Positions 28,793-45,619 of a stretch of 64,000 nucleotides of DNA are shown here, in pieces (positions within the stretch are counted from its first letter, which is position 1; every line of letters starts with the position of its first letter). The notes below the pieces were generated by a model. The model ran no database searches. It was not told where the DNA came from and worked only from the letters and a program-made list of their open reading frames with translations. Source of the DNA: Chrysomallon squamiferum. Taxonomy: Eukaryota > Animalia > Mollusca. The stretch spans positions 9,734,001-9,798,000 of the forward strand of contig CM022678.1 of assembly GCA_012295275.1 (NCBI GenBank), written 5' to 3'. Made by a program: the position numbers and the translations under genes.

Positions 28793-29049
28793 CATTATCA
28801 TCATCATCATCATCATCAACAACAACCTAACATTCATTGTTGTTATTTTTAATATTGTTAGCATTATATATTTATTTATTTATTTACTTTTTTAATGTTG
28901 TTAATCTTGCTTATTTTGAATTAGCAAAAAAGGAACTAGGTAACAGAAAAACATAAACTGTATTTATTTGCCAACATTTCACAACAGACACACAAATACA
29001 CTAGGGTAAATAAAATAAAATAAAATAAAATAAATAAATAAGAACATTA

Positions 29050-29175
<126 letters not shown>

Positions 29176-29906
29176 CGGAAATAAAGCTGATACAACGCAG
29201 TGAACTTTAGACAAAGCAGATTAGTAGGTCTTGTTTCGCTCACTCGTGTTTTGAAAACAAGCAATTACACAAACTGAACCCAGATAACAAATATTTCAGA
29301 CTAGTCGTTCGAATTTACAATATATATTAAAATTAATTCAATGCAACTAAATTATATTAGATTAAAAGAAATGACAATGGCAATTTCAATGGATGAAAAA
29401 TGGATCAAAATAAAATTAGAATTTACAGAACAATCTAGCTTTTAATAATACAACCATACCATTTGTTATAAAATAGTCAATGAAAATAATTTCAGAGGAA
29501 GAAGACTAGTCGTTCGTAATAATGGTAGTTTACAATATATATTAAGTAATTAATTAGTAGTAGTAGTAGTATTTCTATTTTATTTGTTTTATTATTATTA
29601 TTGTTATTGTTATTATTATTATTATTATTATACGTGGATTATTATTATTATTATTAATTATTATTATTATTAATTTATTTTTTATTTTAAATTACAGCGA
29701 TTAAACCAAGTTTTTCCTAATTCCATTTTCATGTACTGGGGAAATAATCTTGTTTGTGATTGGTTAATATATTCTAGACGTCGTGTAGCGCGACAAGAAA
29801 TAGAAACAATTCCTATCGGTATTGTGTCGCGCGCTCGACTAGCTCAAAGTTTCGCGTCGCACGCGCCCGATTAGGATACACCATTATGCAAGCACTGAGC
29901 AGTAAA

Positions 29907-31090
29907 TCTGAACTGAACTTTATTTACACTCAGGCCGTAATCTACGACATTATGAAGAGACAGAATTTAATATAACTGTAACAATTACAACACGTATGGC
30001 AAGATCGTGGATTTACAATGATGTACGTAATAATATAATATATACAATACATCAATATATCAGCCAGAGGATTTAAAAAATTTCATAATTAGATTACAGA
30101 AGATAGAAAGTTTACTAAGGACACCAGCTTTTTTAGTGTTAAATCATTTATAAAACGTATAAATGCTTGGTTCAGATTGACAGAAAAGTGGTAGTTAACG
30201 GTTCCTATCATTCTTTAAAACAACAACATTCATGTAAATACATAATGCAACTCATCTCCGATATCATAGTTATTACACAATGGACATATTCTCTTTTCTA
30301 ATGTTTTATTTTTCAGTAGGATGATTATGATTTGAAAGTCTGAACCGTAACAATGGGAACCAGTATTTTCTCTCTGTAAGGTTGAAATATGTCGTGAATG
30401 TGACAGCATTTTTAAATAGTTTATCATTTGAAGCTTTGGGCAAGATATCAATGACATAGTACCAGTATTGTAAATAGTGATCTATAAGCCTTGTGTTAAT
30501 ACCTGATTTTAATATGGAAGCACTAGAAATACCATTAGACTGCGATATCCACATGAGTACAGCGAACATCATCGAGACTAGATTTACCATGTAATATTTA
30601 TTTGTGATTAAGAATGTTATTGTTAACGTCATTCAGTAAGAGTCTGTACACTAGAGATGTAAACAAAGACTGCTTTCCCGTGATCAGCAGATACCAGTAA
30701 AAAATCATTCTTACTTCGACAGTTAAATAAACTGGATAACGACCAAGTTCTCCTTTAATAAGATCATTGGATTAGATTTCCTTACAGGTCATAACAATTT
30801 CATAAAGTGTTTACATAATTTTTCCAGTAATGACAAATTTTCAAATCCCCAAATTTCGCTACCTTATGGAAGAATTGGTAAAACCAGTCAGTCAAATAAT
30901 TTTAGTGGTTGCAAATGTTCTGACATATTGCTTGTGGTAGAATGAAATACTTAGTCTTCTGTTGTTGTGAATATAACATGTTTCTTCGATTTGTGAAAAA
31001 TAATAGCGAGATATTTCTAACTTTCTAAAGTATCAAGTTTTGATTTTTCCAAGATAAAACACTTTCTTGTAATATTTCTGGTTGCCATTA
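29907..31090 (-). mobile_element. Decayed, 5'-truncated non-LTR retrotransposon (C-terminal part of ORF2 plus 3' tail)
   Basis: Frameshifted - strand motifs LPILPYGSEIWGF, GELGRYP, RLIDHYLQYW, LLRFRLSNH and RICPLCNNYDIGDELHYVF (C-terminal zinc knuckle). The 3' end reads AATAAA followed by (GTTCA)n. Confidence 0.85.
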
Positions 31091-32279
31091 TCAAAATTAA
31101 GACTTTCGAGGTTTTGGGAGGGGATTTGTGCTTTTTTTTTTTTACTTTTTACTGCGTAAATATTTCCCAAGAATGTCTATCTTCTTTTTTCCCGATGTTA
31201 AATTTTAGTGAAAAAAATATTAAATTACAAAATTCCCTGATTTTCTTTTTCCATGGCTAATCGCAGTCTTCACATATATGAGGTGTTAGGTTTTAGTAGC
31301 TCTGACGAAAGACGATTTTGTATATCAAGTAATAACACATCTTTTCCTGTGTCTGTTACCCCTGAATTATGGCGTTTATAGCGTTATTTTACAAACAATT
31401 GCCAACGAATTAAAAAGAGATATCAAAAATTTAGACCAATTATTCACCTATAGAAAAATAAAATTGTATTATCTTGCTCATTAAATACTGTCATGATTTT
31501 TAGTTTTCATTGTTTAGTTTATTATTAGTGACTACATTTTGAGCGAGTCATACATAGAGATTGTCAGTTTGAGCGACTGTATTCTTTTAGTGTTTGGGAA
31601 TTAGCTATTTAAAGCAAAAGTATTGTGGAAACTTTTATAAGAAATTAGATAAAATAAATTAATTTAGAAAATTAAGCACGAGTTCAGAATGCTCCATATT
31701 TATAGCATGAACAAATTTAAATAAATTCATTATTTTATCATCTTCTTATCACCTTTAAAACAAAAGGTTCTTAACGGTACATGACTTAACCTACCAATCA
31801 TTGAAATAACTTCGCCTATTATGTAGTCGCTCACAAGTTTGAACAAGATACAATTTGGTGGTTAAATGTATTACCTTTCTCAGTCCAACTACAAGCCAGT
31901 TACTATCTTCATTATTACTATATGTGTCACAGGCTGTGATCAGCATTTTCTAAATTAATTGAGTGCACAAACTATGTTAAGGTAAGTTATTACTTTTCCA
32001 GCAGTTTACTTTAACAGAAGAATAAAAAATTTAACGATTATTTTTTAACAAAAGAAACAAAAGTTTTATAGAAAACTTCAAAGCTCCTACCCCTTCTTTC
32101 TTTACGAATTGGTATCTTCCGCTCAGTAAGTGTCGTCTGTAAAAACCGGGCTTCACTAATGCAAGAGTAAATTGACATTACAGACGAAGAAGCGGAAAAA
32201 TATTTCAACTTAAAATTTTCATTTCTAAAGACTTGTAAGTCAAATTTATTATTATTATTACTATTATTATTATTGTTAA

Positions 32280-32362
<83 letters not shown>

Positions 32363-32883
32363 GTGTTCTAAGATATTTTAAAATATCATTTTCAAAGTCA
32401 ATTCCACGATTACTGTATCGTGCGAGGTATATGGATTTTCAAGAAAAGTAGCTCGTCACATTGCGAGAAACGATTTCTTTTCTAGTGGGTGTGATAAATT
32501 ACCTTGCAGCATTCATGGATACTCACACATGTTGAGTTTGTTGGGGATTTTTGTGCTTTTTTTCTTTGCTTCATACCATTTAATACAGTAGACTTCGTTT
32601 ATAATATTCGTTTTGTCGCCCAGCAATTTACAAAAGACTGTCGTCTTCCTTCTCGAATTAAGAGTGACGTCACAAGGTTAAATTTAGCAAGCTCGTAATG
32701 CACTTTTATTTTACAAATAAGACTAAATAAATAAACAGACAGTTTATTTAGTGTATTTATAAAATGACAGTGTTACATTCGCAAGTTTATATATTTATCA
32801 TTTCATTTAGTTATTTGTATATACCATTGGTCGTATGAATTTAGTGGAATTTACTACTACTACTACTACTACTACTATTATTA

Positions 32884-32951
<68 letters not shown>

Positions 32952-32964
32952 GTTATTCACAGAT

Positions 32965-33471
32965 ATGGCAACAGCTTCAAACTCGGATGACAGTATTTCG
33001 TGCTCGCTCTGTTTGGACGTTTTCGACAAACCCAGAAGTCTTCTATGTGGACACTCGTTCTGTTCTAAATGCCTTGAAAATTACATCAGCACAAAATACC
33101 ATAACAACGACACAGAAATCTCCTGCCCGATTTGCAGGCAGAATGTCCACATTCCAGATAGCACGAAACCAGTGGAAACATGGGCAGCTCAGTTCTCTAT
33201 AAACAGGCCACTGGTGGACGCCATTAACAAAATAGAACATTCAAAGTTTTGTGAGTCAGCTGTGTTTAGGTCAATTGCAATAAAATAATTTAAAAAGATA
33301 CAGTGATTATTTAACTGTAAATATTTATTTATTAACCATTGCATCATAAAGAAATAGAGGACATTTTATCTATAACAATTTTCTACCCAGATTTTACATT
33401 TAGTTGATAAAATAATTCATTAACACTCCAAATTGTACGCATATCTTTATTAATAACATTAGCACTAAATC

Positions 33472-33502
<31 letters not shown>

Positions 33503-35142
33503 TAATTATTTATACATTTATTTATTTATTTATTTCAGCTAAAAAGGGTGGCAACATTTCAATTCTGAGTTCTGTTTCTGAGATTCTCAAAAACTTTAAA
33601 GAAATTCTTCAGACAGAGATGGATGATAAGATTGAACAACTTCGCCAAGCCGTCGACATCAACGTCGTGGACACCGCAGAAGAGGTCAGAAGGATTGGTA
33701 ACACACTAATAACAGATTTCACAGCCGCAGTCCACAAAGAACAAGACAGGCTAATAAGAGAAATAGAAAAATCTCAGAACTTTGTAAACTCAGAAATAGA
33801 AAAATTGTTTAGAGAACACAAACATCTGATTGATGAAAATGAAAAATTTATAAAACTTGCTGAAAATTTGATAAAAGAAAAATCAGAGTCAGACATAAAA
33901 ACAAATCTTCCAAAATTCACCAAACTTCAAAACACAACTTCCGAGTTTCTGACAAAATCTCTTTCACAAATAGAAAAAGCAGAATTCAAAATAAATCTGA
34001 GAAAATCTGAGCAAAAAGAAAGAAATGTCTGTACACATCGGTGGTGAAACAGACATGAAACAAGAAATCACAAAACAAAACACATAACACAAAAATACCA
34101 CAGACACACAGATAGACAAACAGACAGACACACTCAAACACACAGACACCAAACTGTGACACAATTAACACAAACACAAACAGACACACAGACTGAAAAA
34201 CACACAACACAGAAACACAACACACAGACACACAGAACACAAACAGACACACTCAAACACACAGACACCAACACAGATAGACAAACACAAACACAAACAC
34301 ACAGACACAGACACACAGACAGACAACAAACAGACAGACACACTCAAACACACAGACACCATTAACACAAAAACACAAGAAGATAAAACAGATCCTGATG
34401 TGTTTTCCATCCTGGTGTCAGGTGAGGACAAGAGTAAAATTGTTGTTAGTGATTGTAACAATAAATGTGTAAAATGTTTTTGTTTAGAAAGAAAATCACT
34501 GATAAACAAACACGTGACTTCCTCTAGTCCATGCGGTCTTGCTGAGTCACGTGGTCAGCAGGGATGATGTTGTTGTTGTCGTTGTTCTGCCAGATGAAAA
34601 TAAAATATTGTTTTTAAATTTGGAAAACTTCAAACTGATAAAAACAATTACAACTGGTAAAAAGTATGAGTTTATCTCTGTGTTACCTGGCAACCGTCTC
34701 GCGGTCACTGGTGGGGTGGTTTAATCAGTGCTTGGACATACTGACAGACAGTGGTCAGCTCATTAATTCTATCTCAACAGATTTGATCCCCAGTCCGTGG
34801 TTTCTCACAGTTCACGATCAATGTCTGATTGTTGTGTCAAAGAGAGAAAACAGTTTATTTTGTGTGACGTCATCAGGTGACGTCAAATGGAAGTCACGTG
34901 ATTCAGACAAACTGAGAGACTTGACAGGTGTTACATGTGACAGGGAGGGAAATATTTTTGTTTGTAGTTGAAATAGAAATTGTGTTGTTCAGCTGTCTCG
35001 AGATGGTAACATTACACGTGACATCCTCACTGACCAGGATGGACTGTCCAGACCTGTGTTTGTCTGTTGTGATGACAACAAACTCTACGTGGGACAGTTT
35101 TATAACAGTGAAATAAAAATATTTACGTGGTGTAAAAAGTAA
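32965..35142 (+). pseudogene. TRIM-like E3 ligase copy 2 (exon 1 32965-33250, exon 2 33539-35142), disrupted
   Basis: Same exon structure as copy 1 with an intact RING exon. Lesions: +1 insertion at ~34010, stops in the linker, indels at ~34560 and ~34715, and TGG>TGA at 34969-34971. Confidence 0.85.
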
Positions 35143-36054
35143 ACTTCAAACTGTCTGCTAAGTTAGTTTCACTGAACTGTTTTGAAGTTGAAAGTCCACA
35201 GACATTTCTTTCTTGTAAATAAACAGAAAATCAGTTATTTATTTACTGTAAGGTAATTAATTTAGTTAATTTGTTTACTTTCTTTATTTTTATTTTTAAA
35301 TATGTTATTTATTTTTTATGAATTACTTTATCGTTTAACCTTGCTAAATTGCAAAATAGATTTCAAAAAAAGACTTGATTCACTTTGAAAAAGACTCTGA
35401 TTTACTTTTGAAATTTTCACCAAGTTTTGTCATTTTTATCTCTCTCTCTCTCTCTCTCTCTTTTCTTACATCTAAACTATAGTTTATTTCAAATAATTTT
35501 GTAATATTTAAAATATACTTGTACAATCAAAACTGTAATAAAATATTTATATGATAAAAAAAAAAAATTGTTCTGTGTTTATTTCATTTAAATTTTAAAA
35601 CTATTTTACATTGTTTCGTGATCTCTTTGTCTGTATAGCTACCTATGTATTCACCTAACTGTATGTATGTATGTATGTATGTATGTATGTCTGTATAATA
35701 TAATTAATGTGTATAATATCGGTGTAGAACAAAGCAGTTCACTGTTGAGATTTATTATAAATTTATTATTAACAGCTAATACAGATTATTGTTTTGGAGA
35801 TCCCTAGCATTTTCAACATGTGAAAAATCTCTGTGACACTTTCCCCGCGGGTCGGGAGAAATGTTTCAACACGTGCAAAACGTGCGCGCCGTCGGCCCAC
35901 GTGTGGGAAAAAAGTTTTCAACTTTTACATTTTTATTCTGCTTGACATATTTTATAAATTTCTCTCTTAGACATGAAGTTAAGTTTAATTTTTTATTTAT
36001 TTACTTTTTTAATCGAAAGAAAGAAATAAACAAATAAAAGGAAAGAAGAAAAAA

Positions 36055-38122
<2,068 letters not shown>

Positions 38123-38780
38123 AAAATAAAAATAAAATCAGAGAAACAGCCGCAGAAACGAAAATTGCTAAGCCAGGAAAAAACAACAACAAAAAACAGA
38201 AAACAAAACAGAATCGATGTTTTAAAAACGTGACTAAATGTGAAACTGGATACCTCACTTGAGGTCTACAGACACGTGTTTTAAATCCGGGTGTTAGCGA
38301 TCATGTTTCATCTTTATTTAGTGTGCACGTTCAAGTTAGTTTGAGTAGGGAACAATTCACAATATTCACGTAGCAGGGGCACATGGGCGGAACTGCGATC
38401 TGAAGTATTTTTTTTTTATTTTTTTTTTTTTACTTTATTCTGCGTCTGATTAGTGATATTATTGTTGTTATTGTTGCTGCTGTTGCTGTTGTTGTTGTTA
38501 CTATTTTCGGATCAGTTTATTTATTTCACAGCAATAACAATAATAGCACGAATATGAACATTAACTGTAATAATTTTACCTACATACAGAAATACATACG
38601 TACTGACATAAATACCCTCATATACAAACACACACATATGTATACACACAGATTATTCTCATTGTGCAGTCTAAACGTAACAAAACAGAATATTGATTCC
38701 TGTATAAATACATATTCACAAATATATCTATAGTAACATTAACACACAAATATGTTCATACACAGATAGAAGCTAGCGGG

Positions 38781-38817
<37 letters not shown>

Positions 38818-38926
38818 TAAACTACTGTTTTAAACTTCTGTTTTAATGTTTATTATCTTTTTCTTATTATTTTATTATTATTATTATTGTTATTATTTTT
38901 TACTACTACTATTACTTACTTACTAC

Positions 38927-38960
<34 letters not shown>

Positions 38961-38967
38961 GTTGATT

Positions 38968-39118
<151 letters not shown>

Positions 39119-39217
39119 TTATTATTATTATTATCGTTATTATTATTATTAATGGCATTGTTGATATAGACAGCAATACAGATATCATGTAGGACAAAAC
39201 AGATAAAAAAAAAACAA

Positions 39218-39252
<35 letters not shown>

Positions 39253-39320
39253 AACAACAATAAATTCCTAGATAGATATACAGAGCTGTATACGTAATAG
39301 ATATGTAGACACAAAATATA

Positions 39321-39915
39321 TACTTCTATAGATACACACACGTGATACGAATACAGAAGAAAACATACAAAACATGCACAAAGTTTACTTCTATAGATAC
39401 ACACACGTGATACGAATACAGAAGAAAACATACAAAACATGCACAAAGTTTACTTCTATAGATACACACACGTGATACGAATACAGAAGAAAACATACAA
39501 AACATGCACAAAGTTTACTTCTATAGATACACACACGTGATACGAATACAGAAGAAAACATACAAAACATGCACAAAGTTTACTTCTATAGATACACACA
39601 CGTGATACGAATACAGAAGAAAACATACAAAACATGCACAAAGTTTACTTATATAGATACACACACGTGATACGAATACAGAAGAAAACATACAAAACAT
39701 GCACAAAGTTTACTTATATAGATACACACACGTGATACGAATACAGAAGAAAACATACAAAACATGCACAAAGTTTACTTATATAGATACACACACGTGA
39801 TACGAATACAGAAGAAAACATACAAAACATGCACAAAGTTTACTTATATAGATACACACACGATGATACGAATACAGAAGAAAACATACAAAACATGCAC
39901 AAAGTTTACTTATAT
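39321..39915. repeat. 65-bp minisatellite, ~9 copies, with degenerate relics to ~40440
   Basis: Unit TACTTMTATAGATACACACACGTGATACGAATACAGAAGAAAACATACAAAACATGCACAAAGTT; identical ORFs spaced 65 nt apart. Confidence 0.96.
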
Positions 39916-41116
39916 AGAAACAAACAGACACAAACATAGAATGAACATATAAAACACACACAATGTTTACTTATATAGATAAAACAAACAGACACAAACA
40001 TAGAATGAACATATAAAACACACACAATGTTTACTTAAATAGATAAAACTAGTATTACACATACAACAGAGAGAATGATAAATACACATACAAAATATAC
40101 TGATATAGATATACACACTATCAAACACATAGTATGGAGGAAAACATACAAAACACGCACAAAGATTGCTCACATATATAAACACACACTGATACATATA
40201 AAGTAAATAAAAATAAAAACACGCACGAAGTATACTTATATAAATACACACAGGGTGATACACATAAAGTAAAAAAAAGTGAAAAGTATACTTATATAAA
40301 TACACACACACTGATACACATAAAGTAAATAAAAGTCAAAAGTATACTTATTTTGATGCACACATAATAATACACATAATGTAGATAATGTAGATAAAAC
40401 ACGTACAAAATACACTTACATAGACACACACACATAATACTAAATGTTAACACTAAATACCTCGTCATTCACATTGATGAAATCTTTCGTCAATGAACTT
40501 ACACAATGTGCTAAGACTGATTTGACGCTAACAAAATATAACTTTGTTTCTTACATCTTTAATGCACAGTGAAACACTTTAATACTTTGAGAAAAAGCAA
40601 CTCTGTCAAAAAAACGTAATACATTTGATATCACCACTTGATTAGTTCTTAAAGGTCCATGAGTGTAAGCGAGTATGTTAGTGAGCGCGCGCGTGTGTTT
40701 TTGTGTGTGAGCGATGTATAATTTGTATATCCATCAATGTATGTGTTTATGTATGTATACACCTCTCTCTGTGTATGCGAGTATGTGTGTGTCTCAATGT
40801 ATGTATGTATGTATGTATGTATGTATGTATGTATATATATATATATGAAGCATTATTAGTAACATAATCACCAATATTGCATCTACTAGCATCTACTACG
40901 ATAACGATCACCCCAATAACATTATGACTACCACAACGACTGTTGTTTCCAATACCCACCATACTAGTTCCACCACAAACGAACTACTATTAACCACCAT
41001 TACTATTACTACTACTAGCATACTACTACTACTACTACTACTACTAACTATTACTACACTACTACTGTTTATTACTACTACTACTACTAAACTACTACTA
41101 CTATGACGACTACTAA

Positions 41117-41156
<40 letters not shown>

Positions 41157-41577
41157 TGACGACAGATAACATAACCAAGAAAACAAGCTGCAAAATGACA
41201 GAGAGGGAAACGTTTTGTTTCTAAAATTAGGGAAACGTGCTAAACACTCAGAAAATAAAATTTTGTTTTATCCGTTTTTTTTTAAAATTATTTTTATGTT
41301 TATTTTTGTTAAAATTAGTGACAATGAAAAGATTTCAGAAAATAAAATAGTTAAAGTATGTTTTATCCGTTTTAGAAAGACTGATTCAAATTTTAAAGAG
41401 ACAGTCTGTAATTATTTTATTTTTAGAGAGAGAGATTATTATTAGAGAGAGAGAGACAATGAAGAGAGAGAGAGAGAGAGAGAAGAGAGAGAGAAGAAGA
41501 AGCATTTCAGTTAAAAGACATTTTTGTATTTTTCAACTGAAAGACTGATTTAATATTTGAATTAGAACGTGAAACTT

Positions 41578-41684
<107 letters not shown>

Positions 41685-42329
41685 AGAGAAGAAGAAGAAG
41701 ACGGTGTATTTAGGTAAATTTACGTGTTAAATACAGTTATTTCAATTAGAACGTGAAACTTCAAGATATTGCGCCAAGGCTAATGTGCACGTGCAAGATC
41801 TAAATAATTTTTTTCTGTGAATTCACCTGTTTCTACAAAATGTTTGAAATCAAAATATTGCAATAGTACTAGTTCTGTTAATGTCGCCGTATTGTATTAC
41901 GGAGTTACTGTAAAAAGTTTATATAACATTTTTCATTTTGAGTTCTATAGTTAGATTCGACTAGAAACAATTTGTATACAAATTTGTATTATCTCAAATA
42001 TTATGTATATTTAACACACGCTCACACACATGTTGACATCAAAACTGCTAATTTAGCATCTTATATGAAAGCTGTCATTCAGTAAGAAAGAAAACAAAGT
42101 GAAATTAGATGTGTGTGAAAAACGTGCAAACTGAACTAACAAGGAGGACACTACAGCTGACATGTAAACCTTTGTAATCCACTAAATGATTTGTTTCAAC
42201 CTGTCAATCACAGAGAACTCCCTCGTTAGACATCTAGCAGTAGCTGAAATACCTGACGGGTGGTAATGCATTACTTTGAATTTACAGGTGGAAACTTTTT
42301 AAGTCCATGTCCTAGAAACACGTACACAC

Positions 42330-42387
<58 letters not shown>

Positions 42388-42411
42388 ACAAACACAACAC
42401 AACACAAACAC

Positions 42412-42497
<86 letters not shown>

Positions 42498-42968
42498 TAC
42501 ATACATACACACACAATACATACATAGATAAATCAGTACATCACATAGTGCGTTTGTACTTGTCAGTGTAGTCTGTACTTATCAAGGTACTCTAATAATG
42601 ATTTTACAATTGACAAATTTGTATGTAAGTTAACTGTGGGGAACGGCAATAAATATTATTAAATAAATGAAGGATCGGAACGAGTTTCATCGTCTGCGTA
42701 AAAATGACTAAAAACAAAACGATAATAACTGTATCATCAACAGAACGAAAACAACAAAAACAACAACATTGTAATTGTCCATAGTGATTAACGACATTCC
42801 AGAAAATTGTCAAAATCCACAATAACAGCCCTACTACACACACTTGCAATTTGTGATGCACGTGCGAAGTATGGAATTTGACAAATGGACGTGGAAACGT
42901 AAGTCAAAATTAATATTTTCAGGTTCCCCCAATTTTTGTGTAGAGTATATTAAATGAAAACGAAACAA

Positions 42969-43011
<43 letters not shown>

Positions 43012-43404
43012 ATGTTTTTTTTTGTTTTTTTTTTTTGGGGGTATGTTGTCATCTCCCTAAATAAATAATTTATAATTTGCTTTATGTAATTTGCAGGGGG
43101 GGGGATATAATATTTAATGAAATATTTAATAAAAAGTATGACGATATTATTAATGATAAATCTGAGTAGTCCATAATATCCATCGTTTAAAAGCTCTTTT
43201 ACTAAGATAATTATAAGATAAGTGATAAGAGACATTTGAAAAACATGCTGCGGATACTGAAACATCAAAGCTGTTATTTAAACTTTATTGAAATACTGAA
43301 TTTATTTCATACAATTTGGTATAGAAATAAAATAAAATGACTTATTCTGGAAACAGAATTTTGCAATGCTCTCTTTTCCCTTTTTTTTATTTTTTTTATT
43401 TTAG

Positions 43405-43619
43405 TCTCTTGATGAAGTCGACAAACGTCTTTCTGAAATGAACAACGCTAAATTCTGTTAACTGCGTCACAAGCGTTTCTCATCAAACTCAGCAAGATGG
43501 AGAAGAAGCAGACGGTAATTTTAACTGTTTTCTTACTTACTGACTTACTTACTTTAGTTAATTAAGTATTTATTATTATTATTAATTAAACGATTATGTA
43601 TTTTTGTTTTTATTATAGC

Positions 43620-43658
<39 letters not shown>

Positions 43659-44546
43659 ATCGGAAGGTTATTATTAATATTCTGTTTATTTTTGTTTTTA
43701 TTTTTGGACGTAATCTTGACGATAGTAACTTATTTTCAAGATTGGTTTGCGCAAGGCTTTTAATATTTGTTATAAATACAACAATTTATTTTATTTCGTG
43801 TCTATATATATAAAGATTATAACTGATTCAGTACTAGTTACTGAAATTGTTACTCAAGTTTAATTTTTTATTTATTTTTTAACTGATGTATTTATTACCA
43901 TTATTATTTCTGTTGCTGTTGTTCTGTTATTATATCTGTTGTTGTTGGTATTGTCCTTGTTAGTATTATTCACCGAAAGATCACAGGTATACAGAATTAC
44001 CGCCATCACTAATGTATTTAATACAAAAATAGACAAAAGTAAATTTATTGTATTATTTAGGTGACGAACAAAAGTACTCTGCAAAGAGGTTGTGTTATAT
44101 TGAATGGCAGAAGTATTAAGGTAAGATTCTTGAAATTATTTCCATGTTAAACTGTTATTTCTGTTTAATACGTAATACAGTTGAACACAAAATTTACCGG
44201 TTTTGTGAGTTTAATTTTTCACAACGTATATATTTATATTTGTTTATTTATTTATTTGTTTGCTTACGTAATTATTTATTTGTTTGTTTATTTATTTATA
44301 TTTTTTATTTATTTATTTATTTATTTATTTGTTTTTTGTTATTTATTTAATATATATATATATATTTGTTTGTTTGTTTGTTTCTGACAGATATTTACAA
44401 AGGATTCAAACAGGCGTGACTCTAGTTTTGGGGTTATGTTTAAATTAAATATATATATATAAGTATTCTGAAATATTTATATTCTGTAATATTGTATAAT
44501 TATACAATCAGTCCAAGTACATTTGTACTTTTGCTATAAGAATAAA
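43405..44546 (+). other. Candidate small spliced transcript (exons 43405-43514, 44061-44120, 44391 to polyA signal at 44541)
   Basis: Three complex-sequence islands with polypyrimidine-AG acceptors and gtaatt/gtaaga donors; a possible ~49-aa ORF starting at ATG 43497. Confidence 0.4.
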
Positions 44547-44950
44547 TCTACTTTCTAATCACTGTATAATTTTAATTATAAATAAATTCTCAGTGATTCT
44601 GTTGTTAGCAAGCAGTAAACAGTTATTCATCTGTAGCATAAAATATTTTAAAATAGTAAAATCAAACAATTTATATCGGTATTGATCAAAAAGTAATTTA
44701 AATCATTTTTATTTTTATTTTTTCAGTCAGCTCGTTATAAATGATAACAGAAGACAATTATGATCACATTACTAAATTAAATAATACAAAAAAAAAAATC
44801 TTTACAAAATTAAAATAATCTCTAAAAAAAGAAAAACTTTCAATTTAAATCCCATTTTTTTTAATTTAAATCAAACGTCAGTATATGTTTGAAAATACAA
44901 ACTTGAATTTACAATGTGTTTGTAACTGATGTCAACCGATGTCATCCCAT

Positions 44951-45200
44951 CTTGAATTTACAATTTAAAAATCCCAAATTCAGTTTACATTTTGAAAATA
45001 CAAACTTGAATTTACAATTTAAAAATCCCAAATTCAGTTTACATTTTGAAAATACAAACTTGAATTTACAATTTAAAAATCCCAAATTCAGTTTACATTT
45101 TGAAAATACAAACTTCAACTTGAATTTAAACTTGAATTTACAATTTAAAAATCCCAAATTCAGTTTACATTTTGAAAACACAAACTTGAATTTACAATTA
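44951..45200. repeat. 54-bp minisatellite, ~4.5 copies
   Basis: CTTGAATTTACAATTTAAAAATCCCAAATTCAGTTTACATTTTGAAAATACAAA in tandem. Confidence 0.92.
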
Positions 45201-45619
45201 AAACTGCCAACTTCAGTTTACAAAACTAACTTCTGAATATCATATTTCTAAAACTGAGTACTTAAATTCTCAATACATCATTTATTTATTTCATAAACAT
45301 TTGTCCAGCATTTAATATGAATTATATTGTAATAAAATTTTGAATAATCATAGACATGGTTTTGTAACTTGTAAAGTGAAAAATTCAATAAGAGTGTTCC
45401 CATGTGTGAAAAGTTGAGAAAAATGCAAACATCCAGCTTGCATGAGAAACTGCCAGTGCCTCAGGTAAATGTCACTTGTGTCGGTAAAATACAAAGATGT
45501 ATTAAAATTTTATCTTTATTTATCTTTAATAAAACTGTTGTCACTAAAATAATAAAACTGTTGTCACTAAAATAATAAAACTGTTGTCACTAAAATAATA
45601 AAACTGTTATGCTTTCTGA

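Noticed and set aside
39321-39915. CRISPR-like 65-bp periodicity and repeated 61-aa ORFs
   Set aside because: The whole unit is repeated, so this is an ordinary minisatellite.
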